NCBI GenBank assembly: GCA_964016885.1
Contig: OZ024742.1
Coordinates: 276,458,001 to 276,522,000, forward strand
Source: Eledone cirrhosa
Taxonomy: Eukaryota
Length of the DNA stretch: 64,000 nt
Reading direction: 5' to 3'
The translations under genes and the position numbers were made by a program. Shown here one piece after another: positions 27,800-41,560 of this stretch. Numbering within the stretch: position 1 is the first letter of the stretch; each line of letters starts with the position of its first letter. Below the pieces are notes generated by a model. The model saw only the letters and a list, made by a program, of their open reading frames with translations, ran no database searches and had not been told where the DNA came from.

Positions 27800-28290
27800 G
27801 ACTGAACTAGTTGCTTTATGGTATCCAGGCCAGTGACTCGTAGTCCTGAGTTGAAATTTCACCAAGCTCAACTTTGCTTTTTTATTTGGATGGGGTATAA
27901 TTAAAAATTAAAAAAACTAGACAGATTTTGCAGTGTTAATAGAGTGCTGAACAAAATCCCTTGTGGTATTTAGTTACATCTCTTTATATTCTGTGTTCAA
28001 ATCCCACAAAGGCTGACTTTGCCTTCTTTTCAAGTATTGGGGTTACTATAATCAATTATACTCCTCCTTGCAACATTTCTGGCCTTGTGCAAATATGGCA
28101 GATTCAGCAGCATGACAGACAAAAGGCTTTGCAGCATTTAGTTATGTTAATTGACATTCGTTGTTCAAAGCTTGTCAAAGTCAACTTTGCTTTTCAACAT
28201 TTGAAGGTCAGTAAAATAAAGTACCATTCAAATACTATGCTCAATCTAAACAGTTGTTCCCTCACCCAAGATATGTGTTTTGTGTCAATG
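27800..28290 (+). mobile_element. Three tandem degenerate copies of SINE family B
   Basis: Repeated TTCAAAT..CAA(G)GTCAACTTTGC(C)TTT ... AAAGTACCA module. Confidence 0.55.
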
Positions 28291-28702
28291 TTAGAAACCA
28301 TTATTATTAAGTCTACTCATCCCCAAACATCACATAAACTCAATCTGTCCTATCATTAAGTAGGAAATAGTAAGCCATAGTATTACTTCTTTCTTTGATT
28401 GATAGCTATATTTTGTTTTTTATGGGTGGACTATTAATTTCTATCTATTAGTTCCCAATTATGTTCTCACTGTTCTGGGTTCTCCATTCCAATAAAATAC
28501 AATTTTAGAGAAAAATAGATGTTACCAAAAAACTATTGCAGAGATTATTTCATAATTGAAAAAAAAAGGATTCTTATTTATTTAGATTTAGTAAGATACT
28601 ACAATTTTTATTAAAAATATAAATCTGTTAATATATCTCTTGTTTCTTGTAATAAATAGGAGAAATATTATTTCTAACTAATGTATCATTCGTCCTATAC
28701 TT

Positions 28703-28900
28703 GTGAAGGCACATGGCTTAGTGATTACAGTGATCAACTCATGGTTGTGAGTTCTATTCCCAGACTGAGTGGCATGTTGTGTCTTTAATCACAACACTTT
28801 ATTTCACATTGCTCCAGTCCACACAGCTGGAAAAAAATGAGTTGTGACAATGTATTGGCCTTTGATTTTTCCTTAGATAACATTGGTAGCATGAAGAAGG
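28703..28900 (+). mobile_element. tRNA-derived SINE family A
   Basis: GGCACATGGCTTAGTG head, and ACACTTTATTTCACATTGCTCCAGTCCAC core. Confidence 0.7.
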
Positions 28901-30754
28901 TGCAACTCATAATCAGTCATGACCAAGCCCACGTAATCCCCATCATCTTTTTTAGTCGAAGCAATTATAATAGACAGGCCACTCATATTGATAGAAACTG
29001 TCACATTATTTGGTCTGAAAATATTATTCAGATTGAATTCAAACCTTAGTATTGTATTAAAATGTAGTAATACAACCACTGGACAGAAGAAAGTAAAAAT
29101 GGATGTGGAAGTATCGCATTTTCAGGCAAGTAAACACAGTATGGTAGTGACATTTAATTACTAGTCACAAATATGACTTAGATTTTAAAAAGAGAATGAT
29201 ATACATTAGTTGTTTATTATTTATTGAAATTTTCAAAGGCACTTTTTTTAATTTTTTTATTGGTCATTTAAAATATTTGGTTTTACACGCAGATGTATGT
29301 ATGTTCATTTTTTTTTTTTTTTTTTAATTGGCTTGATATATACATGTGTGTGTATATTTATAGCCAGAATATTTTACAGTATATTTGAAATGACTGCTTC
29401 CATAACTCTGTAAGGAATCAAGGTATTGCTTTCAACATGATTTGAATAATAATAATACTGCCGGTATCCATTTACAACTCATGTAACCCAAAGGAAAATG
29501 TTAACTCAGCCCCACAAACTAGTGAAACATGTGTCAGTTGTAGTGTAACACTACTACTTAAAGCTGAAGGTTGCCTCCCTATAGTGCCAATTCACAGTTT
29601 AGTGGTAATAACCCAACCAGTTGAGACTCATGAAATTTGAAATTAGAAGTTCATTGATTCCCAGTTTAGTGAAAGGACAATCAGTCAATTTTGTACACTG
29701 CAAATTTTGGGGATATTGATAAATTTAGTTTATTGTTAATCAGTTTTGTCTAGAACCTATAGTAGTAAAAAAAACGTTTGTGCTAAAATGTCTCATTTTC
29801 TCCATTTTAGATTTTACATAAAGCAAAAAAAAAAATAAAATAAACTTGCAAATGATGCAGAATTTCTTTCTTTACTAGGATTTATTTATATAGTTTATTT
29901 TTTTACTTAGATTTCCCTCTTAAACTACTGGTTTCCCTTATAGTGGATTTCATTGTATACTCGTCACTCTTATTTCACTTTAATACAGACTAGCTGTCCC
30001 ATGGAAATTCCATGGTTTAATCAGAAGCAACCACCAAGTATTACAAACCAATATGATATCTAAATGTTTTATTTATAAGTTCAATATAACTTTGATAGGT
30101 TTTAGCCAGTATTAGCCCTGGCCATGTCTAACTTAATAGCTCCTGCACACAATAATATATATATAGTACTTAAATACAACACTACAAAATAAATCAAATA
30201 AACTTAACAAACGACTGAAACTACAAAAATGGAATAGTTACTCATAATTTGAGGATAAACTAAATTTTTTGTACAAGTAATCCTCTCACATAGTCTTACT
30301 ATCCCTGTTCTTATATGACAGGCCTTTTACACCCCAGAAACACCAGTTTACAATATGTTTCTTATTTTCCAGAAAAACATTTAATCTTTTGTATTATTAT
30401 AGTTATAAAATGTTAATGTTAATATTTGATAGCTATTTATATCAATTCTGATATTTCAGTTTTAGATGGCAGCTTGTGGTTGAGGGCAGGTGAATCACAA
30501 AAAAAATGCTGTTTTTTTGTTCTAAACTGTACAAAATTAAATAACTGGTGATAAGTCCTCAAGAACATAGAGCATATGGATAAACCAACTGTTTATATAT
30601 TCAACACCATTCTAAATTAATGTCAAAATTATGGCACCCAGAGAAAATTTACATTTTCAACCACCAAATGACGAGCTGGGTTTCATTTAGCCTCAATGCA
30701 ACCAGAACCACAGTTTAAATATCCATATATCATCACAAAGGATGGGGGTTCTAA

Positions 30755-30935
30755 GTGGTAGTGCTGGTGTCATAATAAAATGCACTCAGCTCACTCAATA
30801 CAGTGGTAGTGCTGGTGCCACAATAAAATACATCTAGCTCATTCTGTAAAGTGTTAGTGCAGGTGGCACAATAACATGCACCCAGCTCACTCTGTAAAAT
30901 GTTAGTGCAGGTGCCACAATAAAATGTACCTGGTA
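30755..30935. repeat. ~44-bp minisatellite (4 copies) in an RTE-tail element
   Basis: Unit approx. GTGGTAGTGCTGGTGCCACAATAAAATGCACCCAGCTCACTCTGTAAA. Confidence 0.75.
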
Positions 30936-33584
30936 CATGGCATTAGGAGGATCATTAAGCCATAGAAACCTTGCCAAAATGGAATGTATGATTGACACAG
31001 TCATCTGACCTGTCTAATCCGTGGAAAATAGGCATAAAATAATGACAGTGATGATAGACAGTCTGACTGAGAAGCATGTAGAATTCTGATGTTTAACTCA
31101 GCTGCCTTGGACATTAGGTTATGAGATTCATATATTCTCTCTAGAGGTATAACCCATAAGTCAAAGTGGCACTAAAGATATATCCTTAAAAGGAAGATTG
31201 CAGCAGATTCAGAGTGACTGAAAAGGAATAATTGGAGATATACTATTTTACAATCCTGTCTTATCCAAACCACCAACTTGAAGATTTGACTATGTATACT
31301 ATAGCAGGTTAACATTAATATAGACAAAGAAACACAAAGTCCACGCTGTAATGTGGCCGTGTAGGTAACACGGTAAAAACCTCCCAGTCCACACTGTAAA
31401 CGTGGTTGGTGTTAGGAAGGGCATCCAGCCGTAGAAAACCTGCCAGACAGTCCTATACAAGCAAGACAACCAATCTTGCCTCAAGTGGGACAATTCCCGT
31501 CTAAACCGATGCTAGCGTGGAAGATAGACGTTAAACGATGATGATAGATTGATTAAATAAAGATAGGAATTAACAGATTCCCTATCAAGCAATATGTGAA
31601 AAACAAGAAAATTTTAAAAAATGTATTTGATAAAAAAAAAGTACAACTAGAAAAATATTTATTCTAACATTATTGTGTTTAATTTCTGTATTTTTATTGA
31701 AAGTAGTATTATTTAAATATCATTTTGAATAGAGAATGACAAAATTTGTAAGCCATGGCAAAATGTGTTATTTACTTTATTTCCCAGTTTATAAGGTGCT
31801 GCAAATGATAAGATGCACTCTATAATTAGCTTTGTATATTTTTGAGAAAAGGTTTTGATGATTTATAAGCATATTATCATAGATTTATTTTGTAAAAATA
31901 TTTCATTTAGAACAAACCATTTAATGCACATATACCTAATCAGAGAGAGAGGGTGAGATAAAATAATATGATGAGTAGATTGGATTCTTTTTCTCCTTCT
32001 CTTTGTGCCATAGGCCATAATGAGGATGAGTTCTCAAATTTAAATGTTTAAAAAAGAAATCTGTAAGTACATTGATTATATTTCATTTTTCTTCTTTTTT
32101 CTTATTAATCTGTCTCCCATAATGTTGAACTTCACACTGAAAAGACACAGCTTGGCCAAAATGGAACAATTTATATTTTATGAATTCCTTTTTATGAATT
32201 TCATTAGTACAACAGATAGTTGTATACCTCCAAGGTTTTTTTTCTTCACACTCTTCAGATATCATCTGTGCAATCTTAGTTTTTACTATTGTTTTTACTA
32301 TTCAACAACTTGTAATTAATTCTGTATGTCTGTCTTCTCTGCATAGTGCCATAAAGGGATATTATCAGCTGAATAACTAAACTCATAGCTAACATGGTTT
32401 TTACTTTGCTGATACTTCTGTCTGTCTTGAGGCATCATCACAGTCAATTTACCATAAACCAAACAAAACAAATGGCATTCTGTTAACAATACTGGTAAAT
32501 CCTAATAAAGTTCTTATAGTACCATCAAAACAAAACTAATAAATATGGTAAATATAATGCTGGGATATATTTATTTCTTGTGAATTTTAACTGCATTACA
32601 TGATTCAGATTCTAGTGAGGATTAAAGTAACTGTCAAACTTCATTTTATAACCTTTTGAAGGGTGATTTTCATGGAGTTTTTCAGGAGAAAAAAAATGCA
32701 ATGCATCATATGAGCCAAGGAGTATGGTAGTCACAGTGTTTTTTTTTTTTGTTTTTTTGTTATTGGTTCAAATCATGTCTACCTTTCATCCTTCTCACAT
32801 TGATTGTACCAGTCAAGTAATGGACAGTTTAATTGATTACACTCTTCTCTCCAAATGTTATGTTAGAAATCATCATCATTATTATTTTTTTTTGCCTAAT
32901 GACATATGACCTTTCCAAGACATCCATATATAAAATGTAAGATACTGCTTTGAGTATCCACGCTATAATGACATTTTAATATATAACTGATGAAGGGAAG
33001 TAATATATGTTTAATGTCAAAGCAGTTCTTATATGTCTTCCAATGAGCAATTAGAACATTCTAGAATGAATCATAATTTTTCTTTCTCTATTATGGTAGC
33101 AATGGCTAAAGTTAGAGATGAGTAAAAGAAATTTTGAGAATTGCAACCTTTGTTGAAAATAAAAAGTTATTCTTTTCAACCACAAAGCAGATAATGCAAG
33201 CTATGTATAAAAAGCAGTATTAGATTAACCGTTAAACAAAATAAGCATGTTCTAAGAACCTCAAGTCATGATTGGCTTCAACAGTGCAGAATTTACAATG
33301 GACCAATGTACAATGTTGCAGCTAAGACAGGGGCATTAAAAATGCCCCCTCCCCCCTACACACACACAATTTTTTTAGGGTTTAAGGCTTTTAAAGATAT
33401 TAATCCAGCCCTAGTAAGAAGTGTGACACACATAGCAGTGATTGAAAAGGAATGTGTTGTATAATATATAGTCACTTAAAATGTACAATTTAGTTTTGAT
33501 AAATTAGCTGGGAAGTAACTAATCTATATTTTGTCAGAAATAGGTTAAACTGTTGGAAAATCAACTTGAAAGTTAAATATTTAA

Positions 33585-33829
33585 CCCTTTTGATACCAAA
33601 CAACCTGAAACCACCCTTGGTTCTACAATACTAAGTTGTTTATTTTAAAATGTTTATATTTATCTAAAAACCTTCCATCATGATTTTTTTGGTATATTAT
33701 GTTTCACACACAAGCTTAATAATGAGAAAGTTAGTTATATTACTAAATCTCTCAAAATTCTTGATAATTTTAACAATTATTTGAAAATAATAGGTAGTGT
33801 TTTTCGTTAGAAATATGATAACAGAAGAG
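33585..33829. mobile_element. Second TTAA-flanked MITE family (degenerate)
   Basis: TTAA|CCCTTTTGATACCA ... TGATAACAGAAGAG|TTAA. Related pieces at ~16820, ~21025, ~22850, ~47365. Confidence 0.55.
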
Positions 33830-35344
33830 TTAATTGCCAACAAATAATAATTACTTGACATATCAAATCAACAAGACTGTAGTTAGATTAGGTGTATAGG
33901 TGTACTGTCTTACCACTCAATTTTATAGCTATTGCCTTTACTTCATCGTTATACCTGATGTTAGCCTTATACAATAGTTTTGCTGCCACACCACGTGGTC
34001 TCATATGGTAGTGATATAGGTGGGTTTAATACAATCCAATGTAAGAGTTGACATCTTAGCTCAATTGTTAAAGAAGTTCCTCAATCTCTGACTAGGCTTT
34101 TATTACCATCTTGAACATTACTGACTTAGGTTCTACTCTAATTTGTTTTTATTTTTTAAAAACATTTCAGCATATCTTTGACAGCTTTGGGATTTATTAT
34201 TTGCAATTTCAATGATCCATTCATAAAAATATATAATTTCATTTTGTGTTCTTTCATTTGAGCAAAAATTTCCAGAAGATCTTTTTTTAAGACCCTAGAA
34301 AAAAATATCAGCTGTGCATTAAACATAATCTTTGTGTAAACAAAGCAGTTTTCTTTTCTCGATACAAAATTAGACTTCTATGCCAAATAAATATATAGCA
34401 AATTGCTGGTATCATAATTATAACACTTACCTAAAAGAATATTTAAAAAGAATTTTAGCTGTTTCAAAAGAAGAAAGATAAGAACTGATTAACAAAATGG
34501 AGCAGCAAGGGAATGTATTTATCAGGATTGGGTGCTAAACCATTTATTTTAAGAATTTCTTCAAATTTGTAGATCTATCTAATCTATGCTTCCAATAAGA
34601 TTAAAAAGTCAACACTTCTTCCATTTTATTGTTTGGATTAAAAACCATGACAAGTTCATTAAGGTAAATAGATGAAACTAGTGGGCTGTTAGACTTTTCT
34701 AACATGCTTACAAAAAATAAAAAAAGTTAAATTCGGCATTGCAAGCAAACAAAAAAAAATTACTTTTACTCACAGTACTGCCACTGCTTACAGTTAAGTG
34801 AACATGATAGTCAAATATAATGAACCAGTGGCCCTTCAGGTCATTGTTCAATATCCCTATCAACTTTTCAATTCTTCTTATAGAAATGTAGAAATATTAA
34901 AGTAAAATTTTATAAGCTCAAACAGTGTTTACATTACAGTAACTTGAATTAAAAATCTACTAATGTTTTTCTCCAAAATAAGACAGTCTTCTTCCCTTTT
35001 TACCTTTTTAAGATTACCTATATATTGATATAACATTTACTGACTTCTTTGAAAACATTTTTCTTAACTTTGTTTCACTACTTATTTAACTTCATACTTT
35101 TATGCATGTTGTCTATCTGTCTTTTGAATTTCTGATTCAATTCTTATACTCATCTATTCTGTTTTTGATCAAATTTTTATTAAAGACATTATCTTTTAAG
35201 TAACTTCCATTATTTTCTACAATGCTTATTTACAATTCCTACTTAAAAGAAATGGATGCCCTTGCACATAATGCAATATATATTGTTGCAAACAGAGACG
35301 TAGAAAAATTTCCTTCAACTTGAACAAAAATGAAATGTTTTCCC

Positions 35345-35625
35345 ATACGTTAGAGTGAATATGTATGCATAGAGCTATAACTACTCATGTTAGAGTGAAT
35401 ACATATAGGCATAGCCATAAAACAATGCCATATGTTAGAGTGAGTATGTATACATATAGCCATAAATACTCATCTTAGAGTTAATATATGTATAGCCATA
35501 ACTACTATGTTAGAGTGAATATGTATACATATAGCTGAAACTACTCTTATGCTAAAATGAATACATTTATGTATAGCTATAACTATTCATGAGAGAGTGA
35601 ATACAAATATGTATAACTATAAAAC
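35345..35625. repeat. ~40-bp minisatellite (about 7 copies)
   Basis: Unit approx. ATGTTAGAGTGAATATGTATACATATAGCCATAACTACTC. Confidence 0.85.
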
Positions 35626-37340
35626 ACAACCATTTTGTTGTACTGAATCATAACATAAAAGACTATATTTGGTGCACAAACAACTCACTTTCATTATACC
35701 AAAACAAGTGAGTTTATAAGAAATCACATCAAGCAAACATGTCTATCTCATTTCTGCATGCAAAAAAAAATAGGCATGACAATCTTGCTCTAAATATATT
35801 TTTCTTTTTCAACTTTTACAGTTCTTTCATATTCTGACAGTCATATCCTGTTGTCATATATATGCACAACAGACTGAAATAATTTTGGCTGGTTTTAAGG
35901 GAAAGTACTGCTACTCTTGTTTGGTGTTAAGTCATTAAATCAGTTATAAAGTCTTGCAGTTGAAAGTACTATTTATTAATGAAAATTATTCTTGTTATAA
36001 ATTTCAAACAAATGACAATATTTATGGAAAATGTGATGTACTATAAAATATGTATAAAAAAGAAAATTTAAAATTAAATGATAATACAAATTGATTTTTT
36101 GTTTTTAACTTTGCATATAATGGATATTTTTCTCATAGTTTGAAGTGTGCACTGTAAAGGGAGAGGTAAACTCCTAGCAGGCTCAATCAATTAATAAGGT
36201 TCCTGCAATTAGTGCAGACAGTCATTGGGGTACCACACAAGACATTTGACTGTGTCCATGATGGCATTACAGCAGGCCCTAGAAATGCTTGATGGTGCCT
36301 ATCTCCTCTCCAAGTTCAATGCACAATCTGCTTTGACTTATTATTCCATGAATACCACCAACCCCTAAAATAAGCACTTTATGTGCAGTCAAAAGAGTTA
36401 AATAAATGAGTTTCTGACTGCACTGTGAAAGCTTTAAAATCTAAATTAACTCATAACATCCTGTAATAATTTAACAGAAAATAACTAAAAGCAGGTTAAT
36501 GCAGCAAATCAAAGTAATCTTTAATGTGGTTTCATGCATTGCAGAACATTAATGAGGTTGGTGGGGTGGGGTAAATATAAAAAACTTGTAGCTATTGGTT
36601 GCAATTATCAAAAGAATAAAGCTGAAATTCCTTCATTTATTTTAATTAGATGTGTATATTCTTCCATTTAGCAGTGTTTCATATTTTGCTGGCTATCTAC
36701 CAAAAATTATAGGATTTCTTATAACTGAAACACACAAGTGGTTTAATCTCTCCTCCTCCTTCCACTTAATCCTGAGAGGGTCATGGGGGCAGAGTCTTCA
36801 AACACTCTTCCAGCAGGTCCTGTCAGAAGCAACTGATCCAGCTGGATTCCCAAGCAAGACCAGCCAAGCTCATGAACTAGCTCTGGGAAGAATAATAACC
36901 CAATAGATTGAATTAAAAATCCATTTTCAAATTCTGAGAAATACTCGAAAGTGCTATAGCACCAAAATGCTTTATGAAATGTAGGCATATTTGTTATTTA
37001 TGTATTCCATTTTGCTAAAGTATGCATGATCCCTGAGGGTGTCGTAGGAGCACCGTATTGATATACAGATTTCCCAGGGCATTTTAAAATTTGGTGGAGC
37101 CCATCTATCCAGGTTTGAATATAGTAGATTTCTTCCAGAGAATAGAAAGTGAGAAAGAGATATAGAGGAAAAATCGACCCCAGGATTTGACTGGCACTTT
37201 CTTTTATTGACATGACTGGATGAATGTTGACCTTGGCAGGATTTGAATTCAGAGAGCAAAGATCCAAAACGAATACCGCAAAGTGTTCTAACAACTCTGT
37301 CAAATTGCCACCTATTTTTGATGAAGTACTACCGGTAAGT

Positions 37341-37650
37341 GAAAGCACATGGCTTTGTGGTTAGGGAATTCAGCTCACAATTGTAAAGTCATGAGTTTAA
37401 TTCCTGGCGGCATGCTGTGTCCTTGAGCAAAACACTTTACTTCACGTTGTTCCAGTTCACTCAGCTGGCAAAACTGAGTTGTACTTGTAATTTGAAAGGC
37501 CTGTCTTGTCATGTCAAATTTCGCTGAGAATTAAATTAAGGGTGCGCATGTTTGTGGAATGCTCAGCCACTTGCACGTTAATTTTATGAGTAGATTGTTC
37601 CGTTAATTGGATCAACTGGAACACTGTTCATCGTAACTGACAGAGTGCCT
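37341..37650 (+). mobile_element. tRNA-derived SINE family A, near full length
   Basis: A-box-like TGGCTTTGTGG, B-box-like GAGTTTAATTCC, and core GTGTCCTTGAGCAAAACACTTTA. Confidence 0.75.
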
Positions 37651-38659
37651 TCCATTCCACTGCCAGTAAATAAATGATTTTACTCAAAGACTTGCTAAAA
37701 CCATATTTAGATCACAAGCTCTATTGAGGTTATAAAATTGAAGAATTAAGGTATAATTGCAAACAATGGATAAGTGTGCATATGAAAGCAATGTCAATTT
37801 CTTTTATGCTTATTCAAACAGCTGAAAGAAAGACTGCCAGCAAGTTTTTAAATTCTATGAAATACATCTCTTTTCTCAATTAATATAACAGTCAGAAAAT
37901 ATAACGTGGTTTTCAAATATTTGAAATTTAGGGTGCAACAAAATTCATATCTGCTACTGAATACCTATTTCAAAAAATTCATTTCTTGCAATGAAACCTA
38001 CTGAATCATATTGCACTGTTATATTTGATTTTGCAGTATATTTAACTTAATACAACAACGCTGTAAAGGTGCATGGTTTAGTGGTTAGAGCATTGTTGGA
38101 TTCTCAAACCAGGTTATTTCATATTGCTCCAGTTTACTCAGCTGTAGAAATGAGTTGCGACTTCACAGGTGCCAAGCTGTATCAGCCATTGCCTTTCCCT
38201 TGGACAACATTGGTGGCGTGGAGAGGGGAGACTGGTATGCATGGGCAATTGCTGGTTTTACCCCCCTTTTTACAGCAACATTTATTCTCTACAAAATGAT
38301 GACTATGTCATTAAGCAGAGACAAGATATGAACCAGCTTCTGATATGATAAAGACATCATTGAAACCGACCGGTATTGACTTTTGAATAAAATCATTTTT
38401 CATCGACTCTTGGATGCTCCATTGGTTGCACTGTAACAAATCACTTACACTAAAAAGGTAAAACTGTTTTTGTGACGTGACAATACAAACTCGCACCAAC
38501 ATATTGGATTGTGAAGTTTATTTAATTTAACCTTTAGCACACTGAATTTTTTTATGAATTATGTATTAAGGGGAGATTACTCTATTGCCTAAGGTGCCTA
38601 GAGTGTGCTGAAGATTAATTCTCAAGTAGCATAAGTATATGATCATTAACACTACAAGA

Positions 38660-39080
38660 AGGGCAGTGGATTGACATAATTAGTATTTGCAGTATTGGCT
38701 CTTTAGATTTTATGTTCAAATCCTGCTTAGATCAATTTTGCTTCTTATCCTTTTGAGATCGCTAAAATAAAGTACCAGTAAAGTACTGGGGTCAATATAA
38801 CTGACTTTCCCCTCCCTGCAAATTGCCAGCCTTGTGCCTAAATTAGAAATCATTATTAACAGATGGATTGGCAGTATCGGTAGAGCGTCGGGCACCATGC
38901 TTTGTGGCAGAGAGTTACGACTCTTTACATTCTGAGTTCAAATCCCACCAAAGTTAGCTTTGCCTTTCATCCTTATGGGGCCGATAAAATAAAGTACCAG
39001 TGAGTACTGGGGTTGATTTAATCGACTTTCCCCTCCCCTTCAAATTGCTGGCCTTGTGCCTGAAGTAGAAACAACTATTA
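38660..39080 (+). mobile_element. Two tandem copies of SINE family B
   Basis: Duplicated TTCAAATCC...AAATAAAGTACCAGT..GTACTGGGG...AAATTGC..GCCTTGTGCCT. Confidence 0.7.
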
Positions 39081-39208
39081 ACAGCGCAGGTACACACTAT
39101 ATGTTATCTAGTTTTTTTGTTTCCATGTATCAATACAGGACTCCATTTTCCAAATGTGTTCTTTCCTAATTTACTATCTCTCGATCCTATCAATTAGTCT
39201 GTGTTACA

Positions 39209-39388
39209 TGTGGTTAGAAAAAGCTATCTCACTTACCGCTTTTCATAGGCGCCGCTAAATCCCACTGCTGGTTTTTCCTCTTCCACGTGCATCCAACTCA
39301 TTAACACCGGGAGCTGCCAAAACTCACGTCCACACCGTTGCTGGTCACGACTAGAGAGAGGCCGATCTGCTGGCCCTTCCGGTCGAGC
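39209..39388 (-). repeat. 3' LTR (lacks the first 63 nt of U3)
   Basis: Aligns to 42992-43171 with 6 mismatches in 180 bp. Abuts a PPT-like GAGATCAGGGGG. Confidence 0.9.
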
Positions 39389-39398
39389 CCCCCTGATC

Positions 39399-40275
39399 TC
39401 AAGGATCAATTTCCCCCTCGTCCTTCTGCATATGAAAGTCTGCTGTCCAGGTTGGTGGTTTGCGACTTCTTTGCAATCTCCGCAGTGTTGTGGCGGCACT
39501 TTGGGTTTCCTCTTCCTCGGAGTCCGTTGACACAGTGATTCTACGGACATCCAGGACATGACATGGTACTCCGTCCACGGACACATTGTTCTGGGAATTT
39601 ATGCCTGTCACCGTTCCCCTTCCCCATTGAGATGTGCAACATGCATCTGGGGGCTTAACCCAGACTTCTTCGCCCACCTGCACGAATGCACTCTCTCTCC
39701 CCACTGGCCATTGTGGTGGCGTGCACGGGTGCCGCCACTCGTATCTGAATACTGCTCTGTGTGGCACCAATTCCTCGACCTGTCCCACCCGAGGGGACAT
39801 GTTGTACCAGAACACTGCCTCCATTGGTGAGATATGGCCCTGCTCTGCCATTGCCTTGATCGTCCGGTGGTGTCGCTCCACAATTCCATTCCCGCTCGGC
39901 CTGTGCATCTCCCTCAGCGCCTCGCTGCGCTGTTGTCCATCAGCAGTTCATCCACAGGGCCCCGCTCCAAGAACACCTCTCTCAACGTCCGCATGATTTC
40001 CTCAGCCGTTCCAGTCTTCATCTCCCTCCATATCGCCATCCATCCTGGTCCACAGTCGACCATCGAGAGGTACGCTCCCCGTCGGTAGTGCGTTACATCC
40101 ACCACCAATCGCGATCCACCGGGAGGCTTCCCGTTTCGTGCACACCCAGGGCAAGATCAATGGACTGACATCGGACGCAGCCTCTAACCACCCTTTGAAC
40201 ACTGTGTCTGTTAACGTCCGAGTCAATTCTCCTGGCTAGGAACAGGCTCCTGTCCACTCCCATGTGGTGCATGTC
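39399..40275 (-). pseudogene. Integrase (HHCC zinc finger + DDE core), frameshifted and internally deleted
   Basis: HDMHHMG...CVRC, VDVTHY, LMDNS and NGIVERHHRTIK spread over three frames. Confidence 0.9.
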
Positions 40276-41560
40276 ATGCAACCCTTTCAGATCCGACTCG
40301 GTCAGCCGATACACGGCAGCTATCTCATCTTCTACCTCCTCTGGCGCTTCCATCCAGGCTTTCTTCACCCTAGTTAAGACGTCCGCCCTATCTTTCTCTG
40401 AGGGCACGAAACCTACGCTCAGCCTCAGGTCGAACTCGGTGGCCAGCTCTCCTAAAGTTCCCAGGTGGCGCTTTATCAGCATCTCCGCCACCCCTCTCGT
40501 TCGCACTCTCTTCTCACTGGTGAGCACTGATCTCACCCATCCGAGTACAGTAGCCGAGTCGGTGCGTATTTCGATGGTGCGCAATCCCCACCTCAGGGCG
40601 AGGTTCACCCCTCTCAACACCGTCCAGTTCGGCCACATTGATGTGGTTGCAGTCGTCCTTCTTCCTAAGCCAGGCTGCATCCTCCACTTCAACACCTCCT
40701 ATCTCCAGCGCTATGCTGCTGGCATCGCACCATACGGTCCCGCTCTGCGGTTTGGGAACATACCGGCGTCCCCGCACTGGGTCGTCAGCCTTCACCCTCC
40801 CCACGATCTCCTGCATCATGGCCACTGTCCTCTCTCCCACTCTGTCACTCCTCCCGCTCGTCTCTTAACATAGCTGCATTCCGTCCGGAGCCACCCAGCA
40901 ATCAGGTAGTGACCCACCAACTTTCCACACACTGAGAAAAGCTCCCGCCTACTCATACTTGGGCCCAGTTCTGGAACTTCATTTCCCCTCTGGAATACCA
41001 AGACGCCCGTCCTGTCTCACCGTAGCCTAAGTCCCAGCACGGCTCCTCCCTCCAATGCTTCTGACGGCTTCGCAGCCAGTCCATACCCCTGTAAATGGCT
41101 CGTGACCTCCGCCGCCGACACCACAGACTTGTCCACTAGGATGTCGTTAACGTAGGAGTTAGTGGTCCTCTTCATCTTGTCGGCCTTTCCCAGAATGGTC
41201 TTGAGGACCGCCGCCATGATCTTCGGTGCGGAGCTCAGCCCGAAACCGAGCCTGGTCAGGCAATATATCCGGCCCTTATACCTGACCAGCTGATACTGCC
41301 AGAGCTTCTCATCTATATGCAATTGCAAGTATGCCGACTTTAGATCTACGATTGCTGAACCCCCCGTTATGCATCTCCACTCATGCAGGGTTTCCCCACA
41401 GACATCCGTGACCTCGCCACCCGTGTGGCATGACACGTACTCGTTCAGCTCCCGAAAGTCCAGCACCGGCCTCACCTTGTTCTTTGTGGGTTGCGCCACC
41501 GCCATTAATGGCAATACTCCGCACTTCACCTCCTCTTTCCGGAGAAGCAGTATGCCCTCC
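40276..41560 (-). pseudogene. Reverse transcriptase + RNase H, frameshifted
   Basis: RPVLDFRELN, DLKSAYLQL, LGFGLSSAP and YVND (YxDD mutated). RNase H: VWCDASS, HINVAEL, RTDS, RADVLTR. Confidence 0.9.

Noticed and set aside
28873-29079. Protein-like minus-strand ORF
   Set aside because: Its end overlaps a SINE, there is no convincing donor, and no family is recognised.
34774-34856. Candidate minus-strand exon (ILNNDLKGHWFIIFDYH...)
   Set aside because: Good donor but purine-rich acceptor, and no partner exons or homology recognised.
18205-35625. Regular 38-44 bp arrays as CRISPR
   Set aside because: Eukaryotic DNA, head-to-tail units with no unique spacers, and no cas genes.
37341-37415. 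tRNA genes at SINE heads
   Set aside because: Degenerate cloverleaf and continuous with the SINE body in multiple copies.
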